From a virus (taxonomy: Duplodnaviria; Heunggongvirae; Uroviricota; Caudoviricetes), in the IMG/VR virus record IMGVR_UViG_3300026382_000001: 64,000 bases of DNA. One strand, given 5' to 3'. Shown piece after piece: positions 36,368 through 45,263 of this stretch; the first letter of the stretch is position 1; each line of letters begins with the position of its first letter. The notes under the pieces are model-generated. The model was not told where the DNA came from, searched no databases, and saw only the letters and a list, made by a program, of their open reading frames with translations. The translations under genes were made by a program, and so were the position numbers.

Positions 36368-38425
36368 ATGTCAGAAATATTACCAAAATTAGATAATATA
36401 CCAGATTTTGAAAATAAATTAATTCAATTAAATAATCAATTTCATATCAGTTCAAAGATTAAAGAAAATTTAGAAAATGAAACTGGAACATTTTTAGAAA
36501 AAAATACTCTTATTGAAGATGAATTAAAATTATTAAATGATACTAAAATGCTTTTAGAGACTTTAAAAATTCATAAACTTAAAGAGAAAAAAGATTTTAT
36601 TCTTAATATAGTAAATACTGCTTTAGTGGATATCTTCCAAGATAATATTAAAATAGCGATCGAACCTCAAGAAGGTAAAGGTAAAGTTAATACAAGTGGA
36701 ACTCAAAAATTTGATATAATTTTTTATCAAAATGATATTGAATTAGCTAGAAATGAAGAATTGCTTATTTCTAATGGTGGTGGTATAATGCAAGTTGTAT
36801 CGATGCTTTTTAAATTATTAATAGGTTTTATTTATTCTAAAAATACTTTTTATATGTTTGATGAAAGTTTTAGTCAGTTAAGTGCAGATAACAGAATTCG
36901 TCTTAGTAAATTTTTACAAATGTTTTGTGAACAATATAACTTTACTATAGTTGTTGTTTCTCAAGTTCTTGATTTAGATGAGTACGCTGATATCATTTAT
37001 AGCGTGAATGCTAAATATAATAGTAATGGGGTTCGAGAATTAGTACTAGAGGATACTACTGTTAAAGAAGGTATTCTTGAAAGAAATATTGGTGAAGGAC
37101 AAGAAGGATTATGGGGATTAAAAATAAAAAATTTCCAAAGTATTAAAGAAATTGATTTAATTTTTAAAGGTTATACAATTATACGTGGTCCAAATAATTC
37201 TGGTAAAAGTGCTATACTTAGAGCAGTTTCATCTATTTTGTATAATTCATTTAATGTAAAAAAATATCCTCGTAAAGCTGGTGGTTTAGATACTAAAGGT
37301 AATCCAAGTAAGAAAGTTTTAAATACTGAAATAATTTTAGAAAAAACTTATTTTAAAGATCCAACAATAGAAGATGAAAAAAATGAAATAATTCAAAAAC
37401 GAGTAGGATTGCGTTATAAAAGTTCTAAAGTATCCTTTGTTATAGAAGGAGAAGAATATTACGGAAAGAATTTAGCCGCTGAAAAACTTATGGAAAAAAT
37501 TGAAGAACTTGGATTCAAGTACATTAATTTAAAAGAATTTTATAAGAACTTTAAAGGTAATTTAAAAGATCAAACAGAAAGAATTGCTAGTACTACTCAG
37601 TACGACGGATTATTTTTAGTAGGTTCAAAAGGTAATGAAACAGAAAAAATTTTTAACTTTTTATTCAATACTGAAAATATTACTAAAGCTATTTTAAAAG
37701 TAAAAGAAGATATGATGCTTTTATCAAAGAATCATGAAACTAATCAAGAACGTATTCTTGAAAATACTTCTAAAATAGAAGAAGTCAATAATGAAATTAG
37801 ATATTATTTAAAATTATATTATTTAACAATTATTGAAAATTTATCTTTATTCGATACAAAAGAATTAAAAAATTATATAACCAATCTTGATTTTGAAATC
37901 AATACTAGAAATCAGATTATAAATTTAATTTCTAAAAATCTTAATTTATTTAATGATTCTTTTTTACAAGTTAAGCAAACGGTTCAATATACAAATAATT
38001 TAAAAGATAATTTTAATGAATTAAGTACTAGAACGGATTACTTAAATAAGCAAATTTTGAAATTAGAAGAATTAAAGATATTAATAGATGAAACTTCTGG
38101 AAAATTAGAAATGGTTAATCAAGGACTTCTTTTAAAGAAAAATATAGAAACCTTAAAATTCAATTCAAATATGAAAGTAAGCGAGATCGAAGTAATTGAT
38201 TTTAGTTTACGAATTAGATATCAAATTGTAGAACGATTGGAAAAGATTTTTAAATTAAATAATTATCTTGATCAATATTCAAAGGATTATTCTAAAAAGA
38301 ATAATCTTGACTTATATTTGGAACCAGTGATTAATCAATTACAAGTTCTAAAATTAAAACACCAATCTTTATTTACGGAATGTAATAAATGTTCAGGTAA
38401 AGGTTTTATATTAAAAGGAAAATAA
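36368..38425 (+). CDS. Rad50/SbcC-like SMC-family ATPase with domain order apparently permuted (T4 gp46 analog)
   Basis: Residues ~130-200 carry a signature-like LISNGGG, a Walker B/D-loop FYMFDESFSQLSADN and IVVVSQ. A canonical Rad50 N-terminus (LKIKNFQSIKEIDLIF..GYTIIRGPNNSGKSAILRAV, Walker A) starts at about residue 250. The rest is coiled-coil. Confidence 0.45.
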   Translation: MSEILPKLDNIPDFENKLIQLNNQFHISSKIKENLENETGTFLEKNTLIEDELKLLNDTKMLLETLKIHKLKEKKDFILNIVNTALVDIFQDNIKIAIEPQEGKGKVNTSGTQKFDIIFYQNDIELARNEELLISNGGGIMQVVSMLFKLLIGFIYSKNTFYMFDESFSQLSADNRIRLSKFLQMFCEQYNFTIVVVSQVLDLDEYADIIYSVNAKYNSNGVRELVLEDTTVKEGILERNIGEGQEGLWGLKIKNFQSIKEIDLIFKGYTIIRGPNNSGKSAILRAVSSILYNSFNVKKYPRKAGGLDTKGNPSKKVLNTEIILEKTYFKDPTIEDEKNEIIQKRVGLRYKSSKVSFVIEGEEYYGKNLAAEKLMEKIEELGFKYINLKEFYKNFKGNLKDQTERIASTTQYDGLFLVGSKGNETEKIFNFLFNTENITKAILKVKEDMMLLSKNHETNQERILENTSKIEEVNNEIRYYLKLYYLTIIENLSLFDTKELKNYITNLDFEINTRNQIINLISKNLNLFNDSFLQVKQTVQYTNNLKDNFNELSTRTDYLNKQILKLEELKILIDETSGKLEMVNQGLLLKKNIETLKFNSNMKVSEIEVIDFSLRIRYQIVERLEKIFKLNNYLDQYSKDYSKKNNLDLYLEPVINQLQVLKLKHQSLFTECNKCSGKGFILKGK

Positions 38426-39178
38426 ATGGATTATTTAAATTATTTAAAAACTACTCCAATAGATAATCAACAAGTTATATCCAGTACACGTGGATTACCA
38501 AAATCAGTTTCTAAACAACCAGAAAATAAAATACCGAATCAAACACATTCCAAAGATTCTATAAATCAAATTAATAAAAGTATTTCTAGTATAGGTAATA
38601 ATATTATGGGTGTTCAATTGCCTAGTGATTTAGGGGGAGATATTTTAAAAAATTCCACCCTTAATGATATATTGGATTATTCTGATTATCAAGAATTACT
38701 AATGGATATAAAAAAATTTATTACTAAACAATATGGTGATATTTGGTATGCTAAAGAATTAGAGTCTTTAAATTTATATAGTTATTTATTAAGTGAAGTA
38801 ACTGGTATCATAAATAACATATTTCCTAGTAATAAAACTTTTGACATTTCTAACTACAGAGAGGATATTATTTTTGAAAAATTGGCTAATTTATATTTTG
38901 GAATATTTCTTATCTTTTTACATGAAAGTGATGAGATGAGTATTTACAGTCTTTTAAATAGTTATATTAAACTTAGCGAAGATCCAAATTTTCAAAGAGA
39001 TAAAGGTATTATTTTTAATAATGCTTGGGATACATTGGTTCTTCCAATTAGCATTAAACAACATCATTTAGTACTTATAAAATTACTTGACTTTTGGTTT
39101 GGGATAGGCGGGACATGGGAAATTCTTAAAAAAAGAATTAAAATTAAGTTGTTAAAGGAAAGTGAAACTTTAAAATAA
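38426..39178 (+). CDS. hypothetical protein
   Basis: 250-aa ORF. Confidence 0.4.
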   Translation: MDYLNYLKTTPIDNQQVISSTRGLPKSVSKQPENKIPNQTHSKDSINQINKSISSIGNNIMGVQLPSDLGGDILKNSTLNDILDYSDYQELLMDIKKFITKQYGDIWYAKELESLNLYSYLLSEVTGIINNIFPSNKTFDISNYREDIIFEKLANLYFGIFLIFLHESDEMSIYSLLNSYIKLSEDPNFQRDKGIIFNNAWDTLVLPISIKQHHLVLIKLLDFWFGIGGTWEILKKRIKIKLLKESETLK

Positions 39179-39260
39179 CTTTAATAACTTAACAACGAAA
39201 TATAGATATCATTTATAATAAAAAATTAAATTAAAATAAAATAAACATTAAGGAATTAAT

Positions 39261-39761
39261 ATGGTAAAAGAATTAATAAAAGAAAATCAAAAAGAATTAG
39301 TATCGTTAGAAATTTTAACTTTCAGTGAGGATGTAACTGGATATTCAGAAAAACAATTAAAAGAAAAATATCATAGTTTTAAAGAAACTTTTACTTTAAT
39401 AGATGATCTTTCTCAACCTTATGTTATTAGAACGGTCGTTGGAGAACATAAAGACATTAGATCATTAGAACCAGAAATGATTCCAGAATGTGATAGATTC
39501 GAAGTATCGGAAAGTGTTCAAAGTATTTTAAAAGATAATGAACTTCCAGTATATAAAAGTGATTTTGACCAAAATAATATCGCTAATATTGCTAATCTTA
39601 AAGAACAACAGCTAAATGCAGCTATTAAACAAGAAATGTTTAATGGTCTTAAGGCTATGGAAGATGGAAAAATTAATCCGGATATAATTAAAGAAGCTAA
39701 AGGATTATCTGATAAAGTTATTATCGATGTTCAACCTGAAGACGAGAAAACGGAAAAATAA
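39261..39761 (+). CDS. hypothetical acidic protein
   Basis: 166-aa ORF. Confidence 0.4.
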   Translation: MVKELIKENQKELVSLEILTFSEDVTGYSEKQLKEKYHSFKETFTLIDDLSQPYVIRTVVGEHKDIRSLEPEMIPECDRFEVSESVQSILKDNELPVYKSDFDQNNIANIANLKEQQLNAAIKQEMFNGLKAMEDGKINPDIIKEAKGLSDKVIIDVQPEDEKTEK

Positions 39762-39769
39762 GGATTCTC

Positions 39770-41293
39770 ATGAAAATGGTTAGAAGTAAGCTCGATGATA
39801 AACGAGAAAAAAAGATAAAAATTGATTATAATGTAGTCGAGCAAAAAATAGAAGAATTTTTAATTAAATATAATATTGATGGGGAAATGGAAATATTTAT
39901 CCAAAATAAAATCAATAATGAATTAAATATTGATAAAGCTTATTTAAATATTATTAATAAAAAGGGTACTAGTCAACCACAAGTACAAGTAGAATTTTTT
40001 ACAGATATAAAACGATACTTGACTAGCCTTATTAATGAAAAAATTCTTTTAGAAATCGAATATGTTAAAGCTAATGAGTCCGAAGAAATGGCAGATCAAA
40101 TAAAAGAAATATTAAATAATACATTAGAGGAAATTCCTTTAACTATGTTTGATAAAGGAATTAGTAGACCTACTTTAACAGCGTATCATTATTTTTTAAA
40201 AGTACTTCATAAAAATACAGAAGCTTATATGGAAAAGAATGGTATTAAAAAAATTCGTAATGTTAAAAATCCAAATGAAATATTCTCAAATGAAATTTAT
40301 AATATAGTTGGTAAAGATAATGAGTTAATGAGATTTACCTTAACTCTTAAAAACCTTATTGAGAACTGGTTAATTAAGTACAGTACTAAATCTCAAATTG
40401 GAGAATTTTATTATAATATTTTAATGATTACTCCAGAAACTATTATAGAAAAAATTTTAAAATATTTGGTAATGGTTGCAATTCGTAATAAGAATCCTAT
40501 GACTCTTAGAGCCATTTTTAGCTCGTATATAACACTTATACATAAGAACCTATTCTCTTATTACAGTACGAATCTTAGTAACGTTAAGGTTGGTTATTTT
40601 AAACAACTTGAAGAATTATTTACGGAAAACTTTGATTTAATTTTCGATGATAATGAAAAAAGAGATTCTAAAAAAACTATAACTGATATTATGGTTAAAA
40701 CATATCTTATGAAAAATAAAAGATATTTAAAAGATGATTTTGAATTCTTAAATAATGAGTACTTTCAAAGTTTCTTTGAAACCAACTACTACGATGCTAT
40801 TACCTCATATAATTATAAAACCGAATTCTCATTGTTGGATCACATGTATTTTTATGAAACTGCTTATAAATATACTAAGAACTTTGGAGATGATGGTAAT
40901 GCTTTTGGTATTAATGAAAATAAACTTCCAGTGAGTTTAGAAAATACATCTGTGATTAATAGTTCATTTTTAAAGAAAAATACAAAAAAGAAAAATATTT
41001 TGTATATTAAAGAAAAACTAACTAAAAAATTATTTAGATATTTCTATAATATATTTGGGGATAAAGAATCAGTTTTAGAAATTCTTACCAAAATGGCGGA
41101 GGATATATTAACCAAGTTAAATTTTAATCTTTATTTAGATGAAAATTTAAATAAGTTGGATTTAACCTTTAATGAGTACTTAGATAATATTGATTTCTTT
41201 ATTGATAAAATAGAAAAAATTATACTAAGTGATGGTATAGAATCTCCAAATTCCGAAACCATATCCGATTTAATACCACAAAAGGTTATATAA
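39770..41293 (+). CDS. hypothetical protein
   Basis: 507-aa ORF. Confidence 0.4.
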   Translation: MKMVRSKLDDKREKKIKIDYNVVEQKIEEFLIKYNIDGEMEIFIQNKINNELNIDKAYLNIINKKGTSQPQVQVEFFTDIKRYLTSLINEKILLEIEYVKANESEEMADQIKEILNNTLEEIPLTMFDKGISRPTLTAYHYFLKVLHKNTEAYMEKNGIKKIRNVKNPNEIFSNEIYNIVGKDNELMRFTLTLKNLIENWLIKYSTKSQIGEFYYNILMITPETIIEKILKYLVMVAIRNKNPMTLRAIFSSYITLIHKNLFSYYSTNLSNVKVGYFKQLEELFTENFDLIFDDNEKRDSKKTITDIMVKTYLMKNKRYLKDDFEFLNNEYFQSFFETNYYDAITSYNYKTEFSLLDHMYFYETAYKYTKNFGDDGNAFGINENKLPVSLENTSVINSSFLKKNTKKKNILYIKEKLTKKLFRYFYNIFGDKESVLEILTKMAEDILTKLNFNLYLDENLNKLDLTFNEYLDNIDFFIDKIEKIILSDGIESPNSETISDLIPQKVI

Positions 41294-41302
41294 AGGAAAA
41301 AT

Positions 41303-41857
41303 ATGAAACCAGAAACAAAACAAAAATTCTTAAATGAAAAAATAGGTTATGTTGATGTGTTATTCGATTCAGAGTCTAATAGATTAATGAATCAAATAAT
41401 TAAAGATCTTGGATTAAAGAAAGATTTTAATGATGATTTTCATTGTACTATTTCATATTCTAAAAAAGATTTTAATTTTATATTACCTGGTGAAAAGTTA
41501 GATAATATAAAAATTAAAGATAATAAAGTACATGTTGATATAAACGAAAATTGTACTATTAAAGGTTTTGGTAATTTTAAAACAAATGAAGGTTTAAATT
41601 TACATATTGAATTAGATTGTCCTTTTTGTAAATCTGAATTTAAAAGATGTGTTAAAGCCGGAGCAGTATATGATTATCCAGAATATATACCACATATTAC
41701 TCTAATGTATAATTGTTCTTTACCAGGAGAAGACAAAGGTATACCGAAAGAGTATTTTAAAAATACTCTTAATAAGTACATTGGGAAAAAAATAAAGATA
41801 ATTAAAGAACGTAAACAAAAACTTAATAAAAATTGGGTTAAAGAATCCAAAAAATAA
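41303..41857 (+). CDS. 2H-phosphoesterase superfamily protein (LigT/cyclic phosphodiesterase-like)
   Basis: Two H-x-T/S-x motifs about 85 aa apart: FHCTISY and PHITLMY. Confidence 0.45.
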   Translation: MKPETKQKFLNEKIGYVDVLFDSESNRLMNQIIKDLGLKKDFNDDFHCTISYSKKDFNFILPGEKLDNIKIKDNKVHVDINENCTIKGFGNFKTNEGLNLHIELDCPFCKSEFKRCVKAGAVYDYPEYIPHITLMYNCSLPGEDKGIPKEYFKNTLNKYIGKKIKIIKERKQKLNKNWVKESKK

Positions 41858-41866
41858 GGAATTGTT

Positions 41867-42127
41867 ATGACGTTAAAAATTAATAAAAAAGCTATTTTAG
41901 AGGAATTTGAATTAAATCCTTTTAAAGCTTATGCGAAATATAAAATTAAGAAAGAAATGGGCGATATGGATAATGGTACATATAAACCAGAAACTCTTCT
42001 AAAAGATACACGTGAACTTGCTCAGGATGATACCAGTGATATCACTGGTACTTGGGGAAATACTATAAATAATATACATAAACATAACGCTGCTTTGGAT
42101 GACGCTATGAAAATGTTAGATCATTAA
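41867..42127 (+). CDS. small hypothetical protein
   Basis: 86-aa ORF. Confidence 0.35.
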   Translation: MTLKINKKAILEEFELNPFKAYAKYKIKKEMGDMDNGTYKPETLLKDTRELAQDDTSDITGTWGNTINNIHKHNAALDDAMKMLDH

Positions 42128-42135
42128 GGAAAAAT

Positions 42136-42498
42136 ATGTTTTTAAAATTTCAAAATACTATTATTAATATTAATAATATTGGTTTTATAAAAAAGAAAGA
42201 TGATAAATACTTTTGTCAATATCGAAAAAAAGCTAGTATAAAAGAGATACAAATACATATGGCATTTGGCGATTTAAACGATAGTCAGTATTTTATGAAA
42301 CATGATTTTTATAAATTAGATAATTATTTCATTAATCCTAATGCTATTAATTTTGTAAATGCAGAACCAGTAAAAGATTCAAAAGATGTAAATGTTCATT
42401 TTTCTTTTATGAACGGTTTAGAATTAGAATTTAAAATCGATCAGGGGCGATTTAATGTATGGGTTGATAATAGACTCAGAAATTCACGAAGTAGATAA
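42136..42498 (+). CDS. hypothetical protein
   Basis: 120-aa ORF. Confidence 0.4.
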   Translation: MFLKFQNTIININNIGFIKKKDDKYFCQYRKKASIKEIQIHMAFGDLNDSQYFMKHDFYKLDNYFINPNAINFVNAEPVKDSKDVNVHFSFMNGLELEFKIDQGRFNVWVDNRLRNSRSR

Positions 42499-42500
42499 AT

Positions 42501-42522
42501 GATAGTATCTTCGGATACTATC
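42501..42522 (+). terminator. stable hairpin GATAGTATC-TTCG-GATACTATC (C(UUCG)G tetraloop) immediately 3' of the stop. It lacks a U-tract, so it may be an RNA processing or stability element rather than a terminator.
   Basis: Perfect 9-bp inverted repeat with a UUCG loop. Confidence 0.4.
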
Positions 42523-42545
42523 ACTTCCTGTCGTTAAATTTTGGA

Positions 42546-42553
42546 TATAAATA
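42546..42553 (+). promoter_or_regulatory. TATAAATA motif (T4 late-promoter-like) in a 260-bp non-coding region
   Basis: Exact TATAAATA about 200 nt upstream of the next gene block. Identifying it with a gp55-type late promoter is inference. Confidence 0.25.
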
Positions 42554-42758
42554 CTTTAAAATAACGTATTCTAAGTATAGATATCTTATAAACAGAGAGA
42601 TATAATTAACATGCAATTGTTAAATATCTTTTATTAAATTTATAGTTTTCTATGGATTTGGTAAGGGATATCTATATTATTTCTAAGGTGCTCTTCGGAG
42701 TATTTATATGGCCTCAAAGGCAAAGGTTTTCATAGCCTAAATTCGAGAAGGAGAAATT

Positions 42759-42977
42759 ATGGAAGAGTTAAATAAATTTGAGAAAGCTTTAATAATGTTT
42801 TCAATATTTGAATTGTATACTATGTTAACATTAGATATGAGCATAACTGAGTTAAATATATTAACCATTGTTACAATATTGCCTATACTAGGCCTATTAA
42901 TATATAATATAATTGATTATATTATATTTGAGTATAATATTTATACTAAAAAAAGAGGAGCGCGTTATGGTATATAA
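42759..42977 (+). CDS. small membrane protein
   Basis: RBS GAAGGAG. Hydrophobic segments ALIMFSIFELYTMLTL and ILTIVTILPILGLLIYNII. Confidence 0.4.
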   Translation: MEELNKFEKALIMFSIFELYTMLTLDMSITELNILTIVTILPILGLLIYNIIDYIIFEYNIYTKKRGARYGI

Positions 42978-43125
42978 TACAAATACAAGAAGACTTTTCG
43001 AAATCTTCTTAAAGTTAAATCCGCGTGGATCGGTAAGTGAGTTTGCTCGTTGTCGAGCAGCTTTACAAGCAGAGTTAGATTTCCAGATCACTTCTGGAAA
43101 TCAACAATCATTGAATGCTCTTTAA
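42966..43125 (+). CDS. small hypothetical protein (52 aa, MVYNTNTRRLFEIFLKLNPRGSVSEFARCRAALQAELDF...) in a locally GC-rich patch
   Basis: RBS GAGGAG 7 nt upstream of the ATG. A terminator hairpin overlaps its stop. Confidence 0.3.
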
Positions 43126-43140
43126 GAGCATCTTTATTTT
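43113..43140 (+). terminator. hairpin ATGCTCTT/AAGAGCAT plus T-rich tract
   Basis: A 7-8 bp stem spans the stop codon and is followed by CTTTATTTT. Confidence 0.4.
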
Positions 43141-43165
43141 GTAATTAAATTTAAAAAGGATATAT

Positions 43166-43588
43166 ATGTTAGAGAGACAAATTCTAATGGGAATAATATT
43201 ATATAGTTTTCTATATACTATTCCCAAACAATTTCCTATTGGTAAAATGGGAAGAAAAAACATTATGAAAGCTTTAAAAAAGCAACTTAAGATTTACGAT
43301 GTAAAGAAAGGTCATGATAAATATCTAAAGCTTATTAAACAGGCTGAGATAGTTATGAATAATACGAAAGTTGTTTTTTCTGGGGAAGAATTGGAAATGC
43401 TCAATCCGGGAGCGTTATTTGCAATTCTTGAAAAGAATTATCCTGAGTACTTAGAATTCTTTGATTTTAATCAATCTTGGATTGATAATATAAAAGGGAA
43501 CTATTTGAGTACTGGTAATAATACGTTTGTAAGTATTAAGTACACTAATAAATTAGTCCAGGAGATAGAAGATGCTAATCTCTTATAG
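43166..43588 (+). CDS. hypothetical protein
   Basis: 140-aa ORF. Confidence 0.4.
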   Translation: MLERQILMGIILYSFLYTIPKQFPIGKMGRKNIMKALKKQLKIYDVKKGHDKYLKLIKQAEIVMNNTKVVFSGEELEMLNPGALFAILEKNYPEYLEFFDFNQSWIDNIKGNYLSTGNNTFVSIKYTNKLVQEIEDANLL

Positions 43589-43787
43589 AAAAAACCCAGA
43601 ATGGAATACATGCAATTTAATTCTTTCTGGAGATGAAAAACAGAATATAAAATATCATATATATAAGAAATTGGAAATCTTATATATTAATTATGATATT
43701 GATATAATAGATGTTTCTATTAATGGTATTGTAGGTGGAGATGTAGAACTAACTATATTCTTTCAATTAATAGCTCAAAGCAATTAA
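43572..43787 (+). CDS. small hypothetical protein
   Basis: 71-aa ORF. It overlaps the previous ORF. Confidence 0.3.
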   Translation: MLISYRKNPEWNTCNLILSGDEKQNIKYHIYKKLEILYINYDIDIIDVSINGIVGGDVELTIFFQLIAQSN

Positions 43788-43810
43788 ATAAATTAGCCAA
43801 AGGAGAAATT

Positions 43811-44224
43811 ATGGCAACGTTAGATAAAGAGAAACTAGAGTTTCTTAAATTAGCAAAAGGTTATAAAGCTGGAGAACCAGCGTTAGTGTCCTTTGATACA
43901 TTAGTAGGGTTGATTGAAACTAAGGATAATGCCTTAGATAAGATTCAAGAACTAGAAGAAGAAAATCGTTTATTAAAAGTACGGTTAAAAGAAGCGCATG
44001 CCTCTAAATTAGCAGAACGAAAAGCTAATGCAGATAAAAAAGAAGATTATTTAAAAGAGCTAAAAAAATTGGAAAATCAAGTTGATAAAGCGAACCTAAG
44101 AGCGAGTACTTTTTTAGTTGCGGATGCTCACCGCAAAATAAAAGCTAAAAAAGAAAGAGAAAAACTAGAGAAAAGAAAAATCTTTTCAAAAACGGATCTT
44201 ATGTTAGGAGCATATTATGAGTAA
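43811..44224 (+). CDS. coiled-coil protein
   Basis: 137 aa with a K/E/L-rich heptad composition. Confidence 0.4.
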   Translation: MATLDKEKLEFLKLAKGYKAGEPALVSFDTLVGLIETKDNALDKIQELEEENRLLKVRLKEAHASKLAERKANADKKEDYLKELKKLENQVDKANLRASTFLVADAHRKIKAKKEREKLEKRKIFSKTDLMLGAYYE

Positions 44225-44609
44225 AATTGAAAGAACATTAAAAGAAAAATCAGATAAGAGTGTTGTAATTGTTTGGCCTGCGTTAATTCTTCAAGAAGAA
44301 GAAATTCCAAAAGCCTTAAAATTGCTTCAAGAAATTGGAGCTAAAAAAATTAATTATTTGGGTATGGTAATTACTAACCCAGATATTGATGATGATGGTA
44401 ACGATATCCCAGAAACTGGAGGACGAACTGATCATTTTTTTGAAGTTCTAGACGCCGAAAGTGGATTTTGGGTCAATCGTTTAAGACTAGGCCTTAGATT
44501 GTTATCCGATGTTTTATGGTCGGTTAATGATTATGATAAAAATCCAATCTATCCTAATTGGATTAAGGAATACGTCCCAGATGAAGATAATTGGGATATA
44601 CAAAAATAA
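44217..44609 (+). CDS. hypothetical protein
   Basis: 130-aa ORF. Confidence 0.4.
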   Translation: MSKIERTLKEKSDKSVVIVWPALILQEEEIPKALKLLQEIGAKKINYLGMVITNPDIDDDGNDIPETGGRTDHFFEVLDAESGFWVNRLRLGLRLLSDVLWSVNDYDKNPIYPNWIKEYVPDEDNWDIQK

Positions 44610-44636
44610 AAATAAAAATAAAAAAAAGGATTCGTA

Positions 44637-45041
44637 ATGAATTTAGTTAAAAAAATATTAATGGCTTTAATTTTAGTAGTTGGTTTAAATTCCGTATTAT
44701 CCGCTAGACAAGAACTTGGTTTAAGATGTGAAGGAATTAATAATCCAAATGTAAAATATTATACTATTTTACTTGGGTGGATTGGGGATAATTCTATAAT
44801 TATTTCGGAAATTACTAGAGGGAATCATAGACATAACATATATTCCGATGATAATTATTTTCCACCATTATCAATTACAGCGATAGATGTTGCAGCCGAT
44901 ATTGGTTATATTTTTCAAATTATGAATAATAATATAATCTTATATACAGTTTCTTCTTCGCCGGAAGATATCCAACGATACGAATGTAATACTGTTCCTT
45001 TGATGACAATATCCAACGAATTAAATACAGACTTTAAATGA
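44637..45041 (+). CDS. secreted protein (signal peptide)
   Basis: MNLVKKILMALILVVGLNSVLSA N-terminus. Confidence 0.4.
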   Translation: MNLVKKILMALILVVGLNSVLSARQELGLRCEGINNPNVKYYTILLGWIGDNSIIISEITRGNHRHNIYSDDNYFPPLSITAIDVAADIGYIFQIMNNNIILYTVSSSPEDIQRYECNTVPLMTISNELNTDFK

Positions 45042-45050
45042 CAAAAAAAT

Positions 45051-45110
45051 GAAATAATAGTATAGATAATACTATTATTTCTTCCGCAAAATTTTTTTTA
45101 TTTTTTATTT
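45051..45110 (+). terminator. terminator: 13-bp stem GAAATAATAGTAT-AGATA-ATACTATTATTTC followed by a long T-rich run
   Basis: A perfect inverted repeat lies 10 nt after the stop, then AATTTTTTTTATTTTTTATTT. Confidence 0.55.
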
Positions 45111-45117
45111 AAAACAG

Positions 45118-45176
45118 GATAACTATTGATAGTTAACTATTGATACCACGTGGTATCAATAGTAAGTATAGTTATC
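45118..45176. repeat. 59-bp near-palindrome GATAACTATTGATAGTTAACTATTGATACCACGTGGTATCAATAGTAAGTATAGTTATC (centre CCACGTGG)
   Basis: Read from the sequence. It lies in the convergent intergenic region between the + and - gene blocks. Confidence 0.8.
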
Positions 45177-45195
45177 TATATACGTTTGTCTCTTT

Positions 45196-45217
45196 AGTTA
45201 ACTATTAATAGTTAACT
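45196..45217. repeat. perfect 22-bp palindrome AGTTAACTATTAATAGTTAACT
   Basis: Read from the sequence. Confidence 0.8.
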
Positions 45218-45263
45218 AAGTGTCGTATGTTAGTTATTTATAATTATTTTAACGACAGGAGAA

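Noticed and set aside
42499-42758. Possible tRNA gene in the long non-coding region
   Set aside because: No GTTCRA T-loop box, no acceptor/T-stem complementarity and no cloverleaf could be found by eye. Only simple hairpins are present.
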